64,000 nucleotides of DNA, from the NCBI RefSeq assembly GCF_033153115.1, contig NW_026889803.1, forward strand, positions 2,108,001-2,172,000, written 5' to 3'. The translations under genes and the position numbers were made by a program. Source of the stretch: Saccostrea echinata. Its lineage: Eukaryota. Numbering within the stretch: the stretch's first letter is position 1; each line of letters begins with the position of its first letter. Below the pieces are notes generated by a model that was not told the origin of the DNA, did not search any database, and saw nothing but the letters and a program-made list of their open reading frames with translations. Positions 62,401 to 64,000 of this stretch are shown here, piece after piece.

Positions 62401-63755
62401 TACAAGACATCTATATATACATACAAACATTCATATAAATAGTGTAGATTATCCAAACCAGGATACAGAATGCCCATTGTATAAGATTATGAAGTATTCT
62501 GTCACCCTTAGCCAGAAAAATTACTCTGTTGCACAGAGTTATTTGACTTGTTTATATTTCGTATCAGAAACTTTAAAATAAGATTTATATTAAGTATTCA
62601 TTCATACAAGATTATTTATCTGCATCTGTTGACAACATTGTGATGAAATTTCAATTTCAGCAGTAATCGCTAACAAAATAATTTTATTTGGAGATAAGAG
62701 TTAAATCATCCCTGCACTATATTTTAACTCATCATTAATCAATGATGTTGATGATTTTTATTCCCCTGTAATCAAAGATTTGGGGACATAAAGTTTTTTC
62801 TCTGTTTCGTCTGTCTGTCTGTTTGTCTGCCAAAACTTTAACCTTGCCCATAACTTTTGATTGGCTGGAGATGTATTCCTTGGGATAAGACCTTCCCTTG
62901 GTTACCAGCAGTTGTGACCTTTTGTCTTTGACCTTGGAGTATGACTTACTTTAGAAAAATTTTAACCTTGGGCATGACTTTTGAATGGTTGATGATAGAG
63001 CTTTCAAATTTCATCGTTTTCCTTGTGACAAGACCTTCCCTTGGGCATCATTTATTTAGACCCTTGACCTTGGAGTTTGACTTATTTTTGAAAAATTTTA
63101 ACCTTGGCCATAACTTTTGAATGGTTGGTGCTAGGGCTTTCATATTATTGTGACAAGACTTTCCCTTTGGTACCAACAGTTTTGACCTTTTGTATTTGAC
63201 CTTGGAGTGTACAACATACTTTTGAAAAACTTTAACCTTGGCCATGACTTTTGAATTGTTGGTGCTAGGGCTTTCATACTCAGCATTTGTTTTCCTCGCG
63301 ACAAGACCTCCCCTTGGGAATCATTTATTTTTGACCATGACCTTGCATGGAGTTTGACTTACTTTTGAAAAACTTTAACCTTGGCCATAACTTTTGAATG
63401 GTTGGTGCTTGGGCTTTCATATTTCACAAGTGTATTCCTTGTAACAAGACCTTTCTCTGTTTTCCAATATTTTTATCTCTTGATTTTGGAGTTTGACCTG
63501 CATTTGAGAAATTTTAACCTTCGTCTTGATCTGCCGTACGGGGACATCAGTGTCACAAACACATCTTGTTTTTTTCTTTAAATAAATTTATAGTTATGAA
63601 TATGTACAATCAGACCTATTTTGACAGGTTCTATTCCCTGGTTTATGGTGGCGGAGATTTTTTCTCAGGGTCCGCGATCAGCAGCAGTCTCTGTGTCCAC
63701 CATGGTTAACTGGTTCTCCAACTTCACAGTTGGACTGGTATTTCCTATATTGAAT
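51351..63755 (+). CDS. Facilitative glucose transporter, class I GLUT (SLC2A1/3-like), 3'-partial. Exons 51351-51482, 51994-52092, 52285-52490, 52621-52745, 53054-53224, 53396-53503, 53700-53788, 55155-55253, 55957-56172, 56374-56452, 63628-63755
   Basis: All introns are GT-AG with consistent phases (1452 nt, 484 codons). Motifs: [95 protein letters not shown]12 and the C-tail lie beyond the window. Confidence 0.95.
54128..54535 (+). mobile_element. Miniature LTR retrotransposon (TRIM) with tRNA-like LTRs, in GLUT intron 7
   Basis: Direct repeats 54128-54268 and 54391-54535 (TGT..ACA), each with A-box TAG(C/T)TCAA..AGAGC and B-box GGTTCAATCCC. PBS-like TTTGGCCAACGTTGGG. Purine-rich GGAAGGTGACAA before LTR2. 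122-bp internal region. Confidence 0.85.
54682..55114. mobile_element. Degenerate pogo/Tigger-type MITE
   Basis: TA|CAGTAAAA ... TTTTACTG|TA with GATATA-type subterminal repeats. Confidence 0.55.
55428..55761. mobile_element. MITE with TAG..CTA termini (Academ-like)
   Basis: TIR TAGATAGTTTTCA / TGAAAACTATCTA. Inner inverted repeat GAGTTATTTCCC-TTGGCCGCCAT / ATGGCGGCCAACGGGAAATAACTC. Confidence 0.75.
57629..57761. other. Assembly gap (N run)
   Basis: Run of N. Confidence 1.
59389..59705. mobile_element. hAT-like MITE with 5-bp TSD (nest level 4)
   Basis: CAGGCCCGT ... ACCGGCCTG. TSD TTTGA. Confidence 0.75.
59893..60852. mobile_element. TTAA-flanked MITE, Kolobok-like (nest level 4)
   Basis: TTAA|GGACGTTCGATCCTGA ... 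TCAGGATCCAACGTCG|TTAA. Confidence 0.78.
62755..63575 (+). mobile_element. Helentron/HINE-type element with ~130-140-bp tandem array
   Basis: TTTTATTCCCC..GGGGACAT, (TCTG)n, repeats of TTTAACCTTGGCCATAACTTTTGAATGG / GACCTTGGAGT. Ends GGGACATCAGTGTCACAAACACATCTTGTT. Confidence 0.8.
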
Positions 63756-63898
63756 GTTAGTATTTTCTGCTGTTATCTCCCATCTCCACTAAAATGAATA
63801 TTATTTCATATGCTTAAATGTAATTGTTATTAATATATTAAGTATATAATTAGCTTAAAAATCTTGTAAATTATAAGGAAAAAGTTTAAGAGTGAAAT

Positions 63899-64000
63899 AA
63901 TTATACCCCGCTCCAAAGGAGGGGGGGTATACTGTTTTACCCTTGTGTGTCTGTCTGTCTGTCCGTCTGTCTGTCTAGCTGTCCATCTGTCTGTCCGTAA
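63899..64000 (+). mobile_element. Start of another Helentron/HINE-type element
   Basis: TTATACCCCGCTCCAAAGGAGGGGGGGTATAC hairpin followed by (TCTG/TCCG)n. Truncated by the window end. Confidence 0.7.

Overview
AT-rich eukaryotic DNA, most likely a bivalve mollusc (oyster-like). The taxon is inferred from the repeat repertoire (V-domain SINE, Helentron/HINE elements carrying satellites, CR1 3' ends) and frequent TACATGTA motifs. One clear protein-coding gene is present: a class I GLUT/SLC2A-like sugar transporter on the + strand, with 11 phase-consistent exons (51351-63755, 484 codons) that run off the window end. It carries an N-terminal E-x-x-x-L-L lysosomal-type sorting motif, three N-glycosylation sequons in loop 1, and tandem CLEAR/M-box-like E-boxes upstream of the ATG. 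A possible spliced but decayed divergent transcript lies on the - strand. The rest is mobile DNA: (i) a full-length, apparently intact CR1-group LINE with a 15-bp TSD and a 2A-like peptide, nested in a TTAA element that itself splits an older CR1; (ii) a decayed Hero-like LINE, Penelope-like (Naiad-type) fragments and a V-SINE; (iii) two miniature LTR elements whose LTRs contain tRNA-like A/B boxes; (iv) three non-autonomous TAY..RTA elements with 6-bp TSDs (IS3EU-type) and 21-22-bp subterminal arrays; (v) many CAG..CTG MITEs with 5-6-bp TSDs; (vi) several Helentron-type elements. GLUT intron 10 holds five nested elements. Two assembly gaps are present. Family names come from recalled signatures, not database searches.
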